Shown here in pieces: positions 34,945-47,004 of a stretch of DNA of 64,000 bases (its first letter is position 1; every line of letters starts with the position of its first letter). The notes under the pieces are model-generated. The model was given only the letters and a program-made list of their open reading frames with translations. It did no database searches and was not told the DNA's origin. Made by a program: the position numbers and the translations under genes. The DNA is from Podarcis pityusensis (taxonomy: Eukaryota), in assembly GCA_964106645.2 (NCBI GenBank), contig OZ067043.1. One strand, written 5' to 3'.

Positions 34945-37520
34945 CTTCTTCTTCAGCAGCAGGCCATCCCTCATTTCTGGATTCTGTTTAGAGAAAGACT
35001 CAGCTACATGGGGTGGTTAGAAACAGTTGAAGGCTAAATACTTAAAACATGACTCATTCATCCTCCCCTTTTCTAAGGAATGTGTGTACATGCAGAGGCA
35101 GGTATAATGCCAAGGTTGAATTCAGCAACATTGGCATCAATGTGAGGTATTTGCCAAGTGTGAGGTTTTATCATCTTGGTGAATGTTACATGCTATATGG
35201 TTCAGTTCCGTATAGTATGGTGAGCTAGCATGGTAAGGGAAAGTGATCACTACAAGGTTTGTTTCTGGGACTAGAGAACTCTATTATACTAGATTAGTTC
35301 ATGATGTACCAGCATCTCTTAAAGTTAATGTAGCTAGTATTTATGCTTGTCTTGTGCCATGAGACAATAGACACTACATACTTTGAACTGAACTGAAATG
35401 GATAGGGGAACTGTGAAAAAGACTGACTACTAAAAAGCAGGAAAACTCTGATGTTGTGCTAGAAGACTCTGCTGGAGCTGTGCATACTCTGCTGATGACA
35501 CTGGTCAAAGTGTGTTGTAGTATTAACAACAGATGGTGGACCCAGGTATAACAGGTTATGGGCCAACTGACTTCTATAAGTCTTACATATGTGAGAGAGA
35601 AGAGAGAGCCTGGAATATGGTCTAAGGACACATTATGCGGTCTATTGTTAAAGCTACGCAAGTCTTAGTCTGGTCAGTGTGCAGATGAGAGATTGCCTGG
35701 AACTCCCATGCCAGATATTTAAACGAGTGCAGAATAAAAGTGGCCTTTTCCACTTCAAGTCACTAGAATTGATGATCTAGAACAAATCTATGAGCCATCT
35801 AATCCAGAATCTTTCTTTATTCTGACCAGGGCTGATTTACTTCCATTTATAAGGAAATTATATTAGCATTTCTGACTCCTTTCAAATATTTCAAATATTT
35901 CTGATTCCTTTTAAAATTCAATTGGCAAATGTCAAATTACATAATTTAACCAAGCTTTATTAGTTATAACTGGATCTACTAGATGGTTAATTCCTGCTGC
36001 TAATACCTTTTTGCCCTTTCCTTCCAGTATTTTAATCCCCCTAAGTTATAAGAAGAACTTTGGGCATTCTTATTTTCCTGACCACATAACACACTTTTTA
36101 ATATATTACCCACCCTGTCTGATCTTTCCCCCTACCTCACACTTCTTTTTCTAACATCAATCTGTTGCTGTACTCTGCCTTCTTTTCTGCTTCTGCAGTT
36201 GAAATGCCTTACCTTCTATTAATTATGCAATTACACACCCTTCTCTTGCATAATTAGTCTTCTTGGTTTGTTTCTGTAGTCAGTAAATCTTTAGGAGGCA
36301 GCGATAGAGTTATAATAAGAGCATATTACTCTAGAGCTGTCTGCTATTTTGATTTCTATACCAGTTGTGTGTAAGGACAAAATGCCAACATATTGTTTTT
36401 TCTCATTAGTGCTTGCACATCTGCGTCTCTGGAACCATCATATGTGTTGCGTGCAATTGGAACTGATGAAGACTTGGCTCACTCATCCATAAGGCAAGGC
36501 TTATAGTTCTAAATTAAGCATAGGCAAACTCGGTCCTCCAGATGTTTTGGGACTACAACTCCCATCATCACTGACCACTGGCTCTGTTAGCTAGGGATGA
36601 TGGGAGTTGTAGTCTGAAAACATCTGGAGGGCCAACTTTGCCTATGCCGGTTCTAGACAGTCACATTCAATTATATTACATCCATCAAGAGAATAATCCC
36701 TTTTTATCTTTTTATGTGTGCTATGTTGCATCTGATAAGCTCTTTGCTTTAATTTCAGGTTTGGCATTGGCCGTTTCACTACTGAAGAAGAGGTAGATTA
36801 TACCGTAAAAAAATGCATACAGCATGTGAAGAGATTAAGGGAGATGAGGTAAAAAAATATAAATCTGAATATTAGACATTAACCATCACAGGATTTCTTT
36901 AAAAGTCTGTCTGTGGTAAGGAAATACTGCCAGAAGTCACGGAATCTCAGTGGTTAGAGCAGATCAAGATAGGGGAAGGAATATACTATTTGTTATCTCT
37001 GTAGCTGTGATCCAGCCAGATATTTACAGCAAACTGGCACAATCCTTATAAAGCCCAAATATGCATGCAGTCCCATTATTTAAGTCACAGAATCAGGTGG
37101 GTCCTAATATATATATTTCTCAGGTGTCAAAGGCCAGGGTAAATACGCATTTAGAAGGGTGGAAATTCATATATAAATCTCTTTATTTCCATTGCTAGTG
37201 TCTCAATATACTGTAATACCCATCGTGGGTTCAGGCATTCAACCTTGGTGAAATTTTGCCATAACAAAACATCTTAATTGGGTATTTCGGAAGATAGGAG
37301 GCATTCTTAGACATAATTACTTTATGTAGTTAGAAAGTGTTCTTTGTGGAACTTCGTTTAAAATAATATTTTGTTCTTATTATTTCCTGAAAGTTCTATT
37401 GATGTCAAATTATTTGTATTTCTGACTGTCATTGAATTTTCCTTCTCATTTCACAGCCCACTGTGGGAAATGGTACAGGATGGAGTTGATTTGAAGAGCA
37501 TTAAATGGACACAACATTAA
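23982..37520 (+). CDS. NFS1: Cysteine desulfurase NFS1, mitochondrial, 441 aa, 13 exons
   Basis: Exons 23982-24072, 25472-25539, 26083-26199, 28021-28104, 29382-29534, 29967-30060, 30721-30855, 32294-32451, 33440-33545, 34525-34606, 36410-36493, 36759-36848, 37457-37520 total 1326 nt in frame; PLP-lysine motif [10 protein letters not shown], catalytic SSGSACTS, C-terminus IKWTQH-TAA. Confidence 0.96.
25472..25539 (+). CDS. NFS1: NFS1 exon 2
   Basis: (G)[22 protein letters not shown]|gtttgt; 68 nt. Confidence 0.92.
26083..26199 (+). CDS. NFS1: NFS1 exon 3
   Basis: [39 protein letters not shown]|gtgaga. Confidence 0.97.
26870..27690 (-). mobile_element. L2 LINE reverse-transcriptase fragment
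   Basis: Minus strand reads ...[28 protein letters not shown]... and [17 protein letters not shown]; frameshifted. Confidence 0.8.
28021..28104 (+). CDS. NFS1: NFS1 exon 4
   Basis: [28 protein letters not shown]|gtaaat. Confidence 0.97.
28552..29262. repeat. Cluster of short (~80 bp) palindromic MITE-like elements
   Basis: TGCAATCCTAT...AAGTAAGTCCC(A/T)...GGGACTTACT...ATAGGATTG; pairs at 28552-28728 and 29093-29262; related copies at 25600-25688, 41421-41502, 54638-54724. Confidence 0.7.
29382..29534 (+). CDS. NFS1: NFS1 exon 5
   Basis: aag|[51 protein letters not shown]|gtaaat. Confidence 0.96.
29967..30060 (+). CDS. NFS1: NFS1 exon 6
   Basis: [32 protein letters not shown]|gtaagt. Confidence 0.96.
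30721..30855 (+). CDS. NFS1: NFS1 exon 7 (PLP-binding Lys)
   Basis: [45 protein letters not shown]|gtattg. Confidence 0.97.
30996..31133. mobile_element. Palindromic hAT-derived MITE
   Basis: CAGGGCTGGAGAACCTGTGGCC...GGCCACAGGCTCCCTATCCCTG. Confidence 0.8.
31237..31483 (+). mobile_element. Squam3-type tRNA-derived SINE
   Basis: TGGTGTAGTGG A box, GGTTCACTTCC B-like box, (CTT/CTC)n tail; paralogous to 34672-34954. Confidence 0.85.
32294..32451 (+). CDS. NFS1: NFS1 exon 8
   Basis: [52 protein letters not shown]|gtataa. Confidence 0.96.
33440..33545 (+). CDS. NFS1: NFS1 exon 9
   Basis: [36 protein letters not shown]|gtatta. Confidence 0.96.
34350..34458 (+). mobile_element. SINE/CR1-tail fragment
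   Basis: GAGTTCAACCCC B-box-like sequence plus GGGTTGGACTAGATGACC...ATTCTATG CR1 tail. Confidence 0.6.
34525..34606 (+). CDS. NFS1: NFS1 exon 10
   Basis: [26 protein letters not shown](S)|gtaata. Confidence 0.97.
34672..34954 (+). mobile_element. Squam3-type tRNA-derived SINE with (CTT)n tail
   Basis: GAGCCAACATGGTGTAGTGG...GGTTTGATTCCCC...(CTT)13. Confidence 0.88.
36410..36493 (+). CDS. NFS1: NFS1 exon 11 (catalytic Cys; GC donor)
   Basis: [27 protein letters not shown](R)|gcaagg; frame and homology require a GC donor. Confidence 0.93.
36515..36650. mobile_element. Palindromic hAT-derived MITE in NFS1 intron 11
   Basis: ~57-bp near-perfect inverted arms; TSD-like TTCTAAAT / TTCTAGAC. Confidence 0.88.
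36759..36848 (+). CDS. NFS1: NFS1 exon 12
   Basis: [29 protein letters not shown](S)|gtaaaa. Confidence 0.97.
37457..37520 (+). CDS. NFS1: NFS1 exon 13 (last coding)
   Basis: [23 protein letters not shown]. Confidence 0.97.
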
Positions 37521-39334
37521 GCAAGGAAATCACTTGTTATCTTGGACTGCTTGGATATAGATTAAAGTAATATTTTCTCTACATTCCTGAGTAAAACCAT
37601 GTTGTGCTTGTTTTAAAAATACAAAATCTTTGGGTAATCAGTTATGCTTTCTAAATCTAGAGCCTGAAAACTAAATCTAAGGCGATGTTTGTTCAGGTAA
37701 ATAACTGTGCTTACAAATCATCAAATACGAATGGACATTAGTTTCCTGGAACCAAAGAAGTTGCAGTACTTTTATTTTGGAGGTGACATTGGTGCAGCTT
37801 GATATGCCAAATCTTCAACTGTCTTATTGTAAAAATAATAAAAAAGTAGTTTGTTTCTACTGTAGGTTCTCCCTAGAATAATTTGCATCTGTTTCAGCAA
37901 CATCTGTCTTATTGCAAAACTTGTGTTCAAACAGACAGTATGGTCAGAAGTAATCCTCTTACAGAAGGCAGTCTTCCATCTAAAAAGTCCATGTTTTATA
38001 TTTGAGCAGTGGCATTTGCTACATAGCAATGAATTCAACTGTGCCTAAGGTTTACTAGCTCCCAAATGCAGATCACATTCACTTTTTCACAAATTCACCT
38101 TTTCCTTGATTTGTTATCACAATTTTTTTCTCCTGCTTTCCAGAATAATTTTTTCTGAGCTATTTATTGATTTATTTTTGAGTGACAATGGAAGATTTCA
38201 ATGTAATGTTTTTCCTGTAGAGCAACATATTTTGGTTTTCGCTGATAAGAAGCTATGGTCTTGAGAATGAGATTGTGTCTGTCTAGAAATCTCCCAGTTA
38301 TAGAAATATCCCAGGTTGATCATCGCTTAAAAAAATAAAACAATGTCATTGCCTTTCACTTCAGGGTGCCTGACAGTGCTAGATTAAGTTAAACTGGTGA
38401 GGCTAGTATTTTTGGTACTCAGAAATGTGTGCCCTCATTTGTATCGGATTTTTATTTTTTTTACTGGTATTACTTTTTCTAATAGTAGAAAGAAAACATC
38501 TATTTAAGGGAAGTTTTTAGTTTTTTTACTGCTTTCTGAAATAAATGCAGGAAGGAAATTTAACTGTCTATAATAAATGAACGCTTGTCTTATGCAGCTT
38601 TGTGTGCACACCATTTTGAAGGAAATGGCTGCTGACCCTAGGCAATGGACTGTTAGCACTCAATCAATGAAGTATCACTTGCCTTAACTACGAGTCCTAT
38701 ACACACAACGCATATACTCCCATTAAAATTGTATCAGCTTCCTTGAGATAATGTTTATTGCAAACCTGTTCTGGCAAAACTGCTTCATGTAGGAGAGTTC
38801 TTAATTTGCAAAATCGTTACAGAAGTTTTCAAAAGCATGGTTTAAAACGGAAGAAGCATTGATACTGCAATGATGACAGTTTTATTACCATATCACAAAA
38901 TTAAATTTAATTTTGTGGGCAAGCCATTAATTCCCCCCCCCCAGGTAATTAAAAAAAAAAACAGCTTTGGAATACTTCTTACACTGTACACTGTTTCTTA
39001 CACTGCACACATAGACTTTTTCAGACATTTATTTTTGTTGTTTTAGAGGAATTCTGTGCAATATAAGTACAGTGAAAGAGAAAGGACATATTACAGGCAG
39101 ACAGAGAAAAGATAATGTGTTAAAAACAAAATACTGAGTTAAAATTGGCACAAAAATGCTTTTCTATGTTTAACTTAGTAATGTGGCACTCATCTATTAA
39201 TAAAGAGATAAAAGCAGCTTTTACTTGTTTGAGTTGTGAATTCTTGTTCATTGGGATGGAAAATATATACACTGATTTACTGAGCAAGTAGTTCTCATAA
39301 GCATATATGAGATGGTAGGAATTTTTGTCTGAAT

Positions 39335-39512
39335 GTGCATCACTTTGTACTTGCGTATATTGCAATATATTTGCTATTGTGCAGAGTTTGGAGAGATCCT
39401 TTTTGAAGATCCTCTCAATTTGTTCTTGCCACTTTGAATAATGTGGTAATGTATTATCAGCAAACATGGCCTCCTCACTGCTCACCCCTAATTCCAGGAC
39501 ATTCATGAACAG
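39335..39512 (-). mobile_element. CR1 LINE RT fragment
   Basis: Minus-strand LELGVSSEEAMFADNT...DLSKL resembles the CR1 FADDT motif. Confidence 0.6.
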
Positions 39513-39764
39513 GCATCTATCTAGTTCCATGATTTCAGAAATTAACCATCAATAAATAAAAATATTGCTGACTTTGAGATTTGAGGGTGCTGTTCAACAG
39601 TTTTAGATAATTGGCCAGAAGAGAAAGGTGGATCATTGAGGTCCAACATACTTACAACATAATATATACAATGCACTCGTATACTGTAGCCTGGAAGTTG
39701 TAAAAATATGAATGAAATCTAGCAGATTTGCATTTTTTAAAAAAGTTGTGTAGTCCTATTAAGA

Positions 39765-40991
39765 TTGCCGGAAGAAATATTCACAACCTCAGATATGCAG
39801 ATGACACAACTTTGATGGCAGAAAGTGAGGAGGAATTAAAGAACCTTGTAATGAGGGTGAAAGAGGAGAGGGAAAAATATGGTCTGAAGCTAAACATCAA
39901 AAAAACTAAAATCATGGCCATTGGTCCCATCACCTCCTGGCAAACAGAAGGGGAAGAAATGGAAGCAGTGACAGATTTTACCTTCTTGGGCTCCATGATC
40001 AATGCAGATGGTGACAGCAGCCACGAAATTAAAAGACCCCTGCTTCTTGGGAGAAAAGCAATGAGAAACCTAGACAGCATCTTAAAAAGCAGAGGCATTA
40101 CCTTGCCGACAAAGATCTATATAGTGAAAGCTATGGTTTTCCCAGTAGTGATGTATGGAAGTGAGAGCTGGACCACAAAGGCTGATCGACGGAGAATTGA
40201 TGCTTTTGAATTGTGCTGGAGGAGACTCTTGAGAGTCCCATGGACTGCAAAAAGATCAAACCTATCCATTCTGAAGCAGTGGCGTAGCGTGGGTTGTCAG
40301 CACCCGGGGCAAGGCAAGTAATTTGCACCCCCTTACCCGGGGCAAGGCAAGTAATTTGCGCCCCCTAACCTGCCGTCGCTGCCAGCTTCTTCTTGCTGCC
40401 TGGTCTGGTCTGGTCTGGTGTGGTTCTCTCCCGCGCTCAGCACTGCGCTGGGCGGCCGCTGCACTGTCCCTCCCCCAGATAGTCCCTCGCTCTCTCTCCG
40501 CACTGCACGCCTGGCACCCACCCCCTCCACAGTGGGTGGCGACCCAGCGGCTCGGATCGGATTCGCACAGCCAGCACTGCAGTGAGAGAGAGTGAGTGAG
40601 CCAGGTAGGGGCAGAGAGCTGCGAGTGCGCCCCCCCAGATTTTGCGCCCGGTGCGGCCGGCCCCCCCCCTGCACCCCCCACACTACGCCACTGTTCTGAA
40701 GCAAATCAGCCCTGAGTGCTCACTGGAAGGACAGATTGTGAAGCTGAGGCTCCAATACTTTGGCCACCTCATGAGAAGAGAAGACTCTCTGGAAAAAACT
40801 CTGATGTTGGGTAAGATGGAGGGCACAAGGAGAAGGGGACGACAGAGGACAAGATGGTTGGACAGTGTTATAGAAGCTACAAACATGAATTTGACGAAAC
40901 TCCGGGAGGCAGTGGAAGACAGGAGTGCCTGGCGTGCTCTGGTCCATGGGGTCATGAAGAGTCGGACACGACTAATCAACTAAACAACAAC
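39765..40991 (+). mobile_element. 5'-truncated BovB (RTE) LINE interrupted by a hAT element
   Basis: IAGRNIHNLRYADDTTLMAESEEELK...RGRQRTRWLD...WRALVHGVMKSRTRL; (CAA)n tail; 13-bp TSD AGTCCTATTAAGA (39752-39764) / AGTCCTATCAAGA (40992-41004). Confidence 0.93.
40277..40693. mobile_element. Non-autonomous hAT element nested in BovB
   Basis: TIRs CAGTGGCGTAGCGTGGG / CCCACACTACGCCACTG; perfect 8-bp TSD TTCTGAAG (40269-40276, 40694-40701). Confidence 0.92.
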
Positions 40992-41689
40992 AGTCCTATC
41001 AAGAGGTACCTAGTGGAAAACACTGCTGCCCATTGCTACTACTAATATGAACTTTGAACAAAGGTACATTGAAAAACAGCAAGCGACCCACCCAGGCAAC
41101 CTGGAAATGTTGCACTCATCTGTTAAATATAGTTTATAACTATATTTTAGTTAAACATGCATAGAAAAGAATTGTTCCATAATCCACCACCGTTCTTCTT
41201 AGGAAAAGAAAAGGCAACTCAACTCTCCCCTTATGGCAACACAGATACAGTGATTTACAGGCGATAACACGGGGGAAAGGACTATCTTGGTAAACAGAAA
41301 TGTCGGGTTAGCAGAAACGTATGACCCAGCTGCCCTTGCGAGGCTAACTTCTACCATGAGCAGAAGAAGATAAACAGAAGCAGGAAGACATTAGCACCCT
41401 CCTTGCAGCTATAAGTGAATGGGGCTGCGATTCTGAACACCATTGTGAGTAACCCCTGTGAAGCTCAGCGGAACTTACTGCCGGCTAAGCATGCACGGGA
41501 CTGCTTTTTCTCTGTTTTTATGTTGTATATATTTGGGTTTGATCACATGGAAATGTGACAGAAGTATTGGCACCTATTGTATTTCATGGCAGGTCGGTCC
41601 TAATGTTTACAAAACTTTCCCCACCCCACCCCCTTTCGGCTACTGCTGATTACGTTTCTGTTGTCTTTGGCGGAGTGGCTTTGACCACC

Positions 41690-42750
41690 TGAAAGCTTTC
41701 GCCGCACCAAATGTGCGAAGACTGCGAAGGTACCACAGGCCACCTCGAAGATGCGCCCGCGCTTTTCCCTCACCAGGGACGATCCCCCTCGGTCGCTCCG
41801 CTTGCCTTCGCCACACACGCTCTCGCGGCGCCGCCTACCGCAGGCCACACCCTCCTCTCCTCGCCGCAGACGGCCCGGAGGCGGTGCAGGCGGGCGGCCA
41901 TTTTGTGGCGCTGCTCGGTCGCTGGCGCTGGGGCTCAGCGCGGGGAGCGGGGCCTGAGTGGCGAGTTAGTTTCCTTTCTAACCCACTTTTTTCCCGTACA
42001 GGCCCCTCGGTAAGAACTTAGCACTTCCCTGGCGGCGCCTCCGGCTCGCCGGGGAATAATAATAGGTGGGGAAAGCCGGGCTTGTCCGGCTCGGCTGCGA
42101 GGGGGAGCGTGTTCCCCTCCCACCTCAGCTTGCACAAAGGGCGGGAGGGCGGGAACGAGGCCTGAAGGGAGCGGGGGGTGAGGGCCGCGCTCCGGAGCCT
42201 CGTTGGCTCCTCAAGGCCTTGGCCTGTAACTCTCGCGTGGGGTCTGTAGGTTGGTCAGGCATTTAGCCTCGCTAAGGCATTTTGGGCCTGGTGCGCAGGG
42301 TTGCTTGGCTGCGCCTGGGCGACGGTGCTGGTTCGGGGTAGTGGAAGAGCCGCCTATGCGCCCCGTGGGTTTGTGACCCCCGTTTCTTTTGGGGGTAGGT
42401 GAGTATCGGCGGCTCCCTTCATAAGTGGCCTGACTAAGCCGGGCTTCCCTGGGAGCATCCCCGGGGCCGGGTCTTAGGGCGGTGCAGGCGCTCCCATTGT
42501 AGGGGATGACGGGGGCGAATGGAAGCGAACTCGGTAGTGTAAAACAAAATGGCCTGAGCTGCGGGGATTTTTTCCCCCTTATTTTTTTTGCATCGACCAA
42601 AAGCTGCCGCAGTACGCCGGATTCTCTGGCGTCCAAGTCAAATAAAGACTCGTCCTTGTGCAGATTCGAAGTGGTACTGGACTCAGTGTGAACAACGCCG
42701 TGATGAATTTTCGATAGCTTTCGATTGAGATCTAGCGTCCTGTTTTCACG
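41690..42750 (+). promoter_or_regulatory. CpG island promoter and non-coding exon 1 of RBM12/CPNE1
   Basis: GC/CpG-rich; YY1-type GCGGCCATTTTG 41894-41905; strong donor TCG|GTAAGA at 42009/42010. Confidence 0.8.
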
Positions 42751-45119
42751 GTTTTGTTTTGGTGGGGTGGTCTCCAGGTACACACACCACTGGTTGTTAT
42801 TTTGGTTAACTGCGCTCTGTGAAATTTCTGGGCCCTTCGTGGTTAACAAAAATTTAAATTCGCGGCATGAAATGATACCTTACATGTGAAACCCGGTGTC
42901 GCTGTTTTAAGTTGGCTAAAAAGGTTTTAAGAAACATTTGGTTCTGGAGGATGACTTCAGAGTTTATGGTTGTTCTTTAGGACTCCTGGGGTGGATCTGT
43001 TTCATATCTTCACTGACATGGGCGTGCTCATCAGGTTATATAACAAATTCATATGTTATAGAGCGATAAGGATATCATTTGTATACAAAATTAATTTATC
43101 GTTCCGAAATTTGACTTCATGAAAGAGAGCTTCATTGTTTGCTGTATTTTCCTAGTTTCTTTATTTCCTCTGAGGGACATAAATGGAAGGCTATTTGCTT
43201 TTTAAACAATAGGGCTGCTGTAAGTAGGTAAAGTAATTGATGATTATTAGCCAAAGATAAAGGAAGGTGATAGGAATTAAATTTGCCAATTGACAATAGA
43301 ACAGCTAAACTTACATATAGGTACAAACTATTAAGATGCTATAAAAAGGCTTTTCATTTTTAAAAAAGTATTTGTTCTTATGTATTTTGATTATTAGGAA
43401 ATACTGGCTTTAGTTTTGTGTTGACTTTGAGTCTTCAGTTGTGAATCCCTTTATTCCAGCACACTTTCCCTTCCCCTTCCCCAGCTACTGATAAGCATAG
43501 TAATCATACATTTTTAATACTGTTTGTTTGAAACAAAGCTCCAAGAAAATGCTTGGTGTTGGAAAGTTACTTTGTACTTAGGAATGTTCTGCTTACCTCA
43601 TGAGTAAAAAAGAAGCTTATCATAGGTTCTATAGGATTTTGGTGTATATTTCGGAACTCAGGGGCAACATACAAAGAGTATTCATTGGGCATGAAGGAGT
43701 CATTAAGACCAGGGATAAATTAATATGACAGAATATCTCAGCATATCTGGTAGTATGCTTTTTTTGAAAAGGTTTTTGATTTCTGAACATGCTTGCTTGG
43801 AATTATGCATGTGGCATAAACCACAGAAAATAGTTATGGGAAAAACTGAGCATGATGGCAGAGCCTTTTGTTGAATAGAAATATGCACTGGGAACTGGTT
43901 GGAGAAAAATATGTTAGCATTTATATTTTGCAGTGAAATGACCATGTGGAACATTATTAAGCTATTTAGAAATGAAAAATGGCGATCTCTCGAATTGTAC
44001 AAAAAATTGTCACCAGGATAATTGAAAGATTTCAGATGCTGAAGTTTGGCTTGTGCTGAATAATTCTCACATGAATTAACATATGTCCTAATCTTGAATT
44101 GTAAATAGTTTATAAGGTCAGGTAGTGAATGAGTTCTTGGGTTTTGCTGTTCAGACAGGTGTTTTACTTCAGATTTTATGCGGGAATTCACACTGTTTAA
44201 GTTTTGTGGTGCTGATATTGATTTGTTCCTTGAAAGTCTTTGTTTCGATTAATTGTTATTTCCTGTGGTCAGCAAATATACGGTTTTCTTTAAATAAGGC
44301 ATAATTACAGATATCACCTGTTCATAGAACTGCCTGTCAAGCCATTCATGAGATGTGTGGAATTCAGTATTCGTTTTTGTTTCCTTTCTTTAAATGGAAA
44401 ATATTTTCAGGATCTGCAGATCAGGATTTCCAGATTACATTAGGGTTGTGTGTGTTTAAGTACTAGTGTATATAAACTTGCTGAACGTTGGACACAATGA
44501 TTGTGAAATACTGTTTGGTCCTGTGCTTTGAGAAGAAGATTGTCCTGTTTGCAATTTATGTTGGATTGTATTTTGATTCTGCAGCTTTAAAATAAGCAAG
44601 GTTAAAGAAATAGGAGGAAGCGTATTGTAAGGTATTTGCAGTCTGATTTGGCTTCAGCAAATGTGAAATGACTTTGAAAGGATGTTGTGTTTTGGTTTAT
44701 TTAAAGTACTTCTTAATTGGGTGAGAAGTTGTAGCATTAGAAAACTATTCTAGTTTTCTTGATCAGGAAAAATAAACTAGCCCTCTTTATGAAATGAGAC
44801 AAATCAGCTATCCGAAGAGAGAATGCAAAGTTAATTTCTTTAATGAATGTGTTCTGGCTTTTTGTTTGTATTCATTCTCATGTTGAATATTTTTTGTTTT
44901 AAAATAAAAGTAATTGTTGCTATCAAAATGTGTGAAGCTGTGGAAAAGACCAAGGAATGTATATTTCATGCACTCTCAAACTTGTGGTTCCCATGTATTC
45001 GAGTGCCTTATGATGGACATTGTCCCAGACTGTCATAATACACAGCACATTGTGGACTGCTAACTTTTAGTTATGTGTTGCTTGCATTGATTTTTGCCTC
45101 CATTTATTCTTTATTTCAG

Positions 45120-45206
45120 TCTAAAAGTTGGTTTTAATTGGTTGCCCACAGGATTGCCTTGGCTTCTACTACTTGTTAAGGAAAAAAAACACACCTCTCT
45201 TGGCAG
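45120..45206 (+). other. Shared non-coding exon 2 of RBM12/CPNE1
   Basis: tttcag|TCTAAAAGTTGGTTTTAATTGGTTGCCCACAGGATTG...GGCAG|gtaaga; resembles the human RBM12/CPNE1 5'UTR exon as I recall it; internal alternative acceptor cacag| at 45151. Confidence 0.75.
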
Positions 45207-46782
45207 GTAAGATACTGAAGATGTCTTTATGCTTACTGAACACGCTTGGATAATTCAAAGTACTCAGGAAGATAGAGCCAGTACATGAGTTACTTTAAAA
45301 AGTTTAAATCACCAAAAATATATGGAGGTCCCCCCCCCCCCTTGTTGGCCTCAAGTTGTGATTTTTTTGGTAAAACTTTCTGTGGGTAGAATTCTTTAAG
45401 ATTGAGGTCTTTTTAGGGTTATGTGGTTTTTAAAACACCATTAACTCTTCTGTATAGCAAGTTTTGGTTAGTTATCCAAATTGTCTAGTCGTGTAGGTTT
45501 AAAAACAAACATAACCCAGGTGAGTTCTACTCTCCTAGCTGAAGCTTGGCAGCTAAGTCTTTAATTTGCATTTGGTGTTTGAATACATTTTTATTATAAT
45601 TGTAGCTCTTTGGTGTTTAGTCTGAAATAATTAATACATTTTGTGATGCACATCAGTGTTAGCTATATATTTGCAAAGTCAGATTTTTATATATCCGTGC
45701 CCCCCAAAATACATTCTTTACATATACCATGATGGTTATATCTACAGCCTGTTGTTTTCTGGAGAACTGTACTATTTTGCTGCTCAGTCTTCTATGTAAC
45801 ATTTATGAACTGTTGTTAAATGGCTGTGCAAACATTTGTGTCTTGTATTTTTTAATAAGTATCTCCAGATGAATGAATTATTTAAAATGGAAGGCCATGT
45901 TAGGCAGCTTTATGACATTATGGAAGAAATGCATTCTTTGAGATAATGGCCCAAAGATTAATAATTTAGTTTCAAATATTTTTATCCTTCTCTCCATCTA
46001 AAATATAATCAAAGCAGCTATTAAATCTAAAACATCAGTAACTACAGTTTGGTATAAAATAAACAGCCCAGCATAGCTTTTTGGTAAGTATAAAAGACAA
46101 AAGCTTTGTGAACTACCCACATGAAAACAAATAAAGATGGAGCCAAGTAGACATCTCTCAAAATGACGTTCCAAAATATTTGCACATTGTCAGAAAAGGC
46201 CCTGTTCCTATGGTCTACCAGTGACATTTCTGGTGATGAAGTATGGAACAAGACTTTGGTGTCTCAATATTTCAGCAGGTTCCTAAGACAGACTTAATAG
46301 TTTTGATTAATAGAATGTATATATCTGGACTGGTTTATCTCAAAACTCCTTATGCTTGCAGAGAAAGATTTGGCTGTAAACAATACTATTGCTTACTTGT
46401 GATGATTGAAAGCATGTCCCTGTTTTTGTGTAAGATCAGAATTTTGGTGCACATAGTGCAAGTGAAATACTTATGTAGGTCAGATTAGGAGGCTTCTACT
46501 TTTTTCAGACCAAGGACCAGTCTAAAGTGCAGACATGTGTTTGGGCATTTATACTTAATTTTCATCATACAGGCTTTGTCCTATTTGCGCAGGGTTGCAT
46601 TCCTGGTGCCTGCACACATCGGAGCGTACATAAGCCTACTCTTTTACGCCCCCAACTTGCATTCAGACCACTTCCACAGACCACATTTGTTTGGCAGTAG
46701 TTCTGCTGTTGCAGTCTGCTTTAGATCCTGGAGCACCAGTTGAATAACTGTGGTAATAAGGTATGCAACAAGGTATCTTCAG

Positions 46783-47004
46783 ACAATACACCTTGATTTA
46801 TGGACTTAATCCGGAAGTCCGTTCTTAAACCAAAGTGTTCTTAAACCAAGGCGTGCTTTCCCATAGCAGCGGGGGCCTCAATTTACAAATGGAACACACT
46901 CAACAGGAAGCAGTTCACAAACCAAAACACCTACTTCTGGGTATGCAGCATTCTTAATCCAAGTTGTTCATAAACTAAGCTGTTCTTAAACCAAGGTACC
47001 ACTG
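46783..47004. mobile_element. Tc1/mariner (Tigger-like) MITE with degenerate left end
   Basis: Right TIR CCAAGGTACCACTG|TA; internal GTTCTTAAACCAA repeats. Confidence 0.7.

Noticed and set aside
39728-40983. 197-aa and 113-aa reverse-transcriptase-like ORFs
   Set aside because: A 5'-truncated, interrupted BovB copy, not a host gene or active element
41600-42849. ORFs up to 212 aa over the RBM12/CPNE1 promoter
   Set aside because: CpG-island artefacts with no recognisable domains
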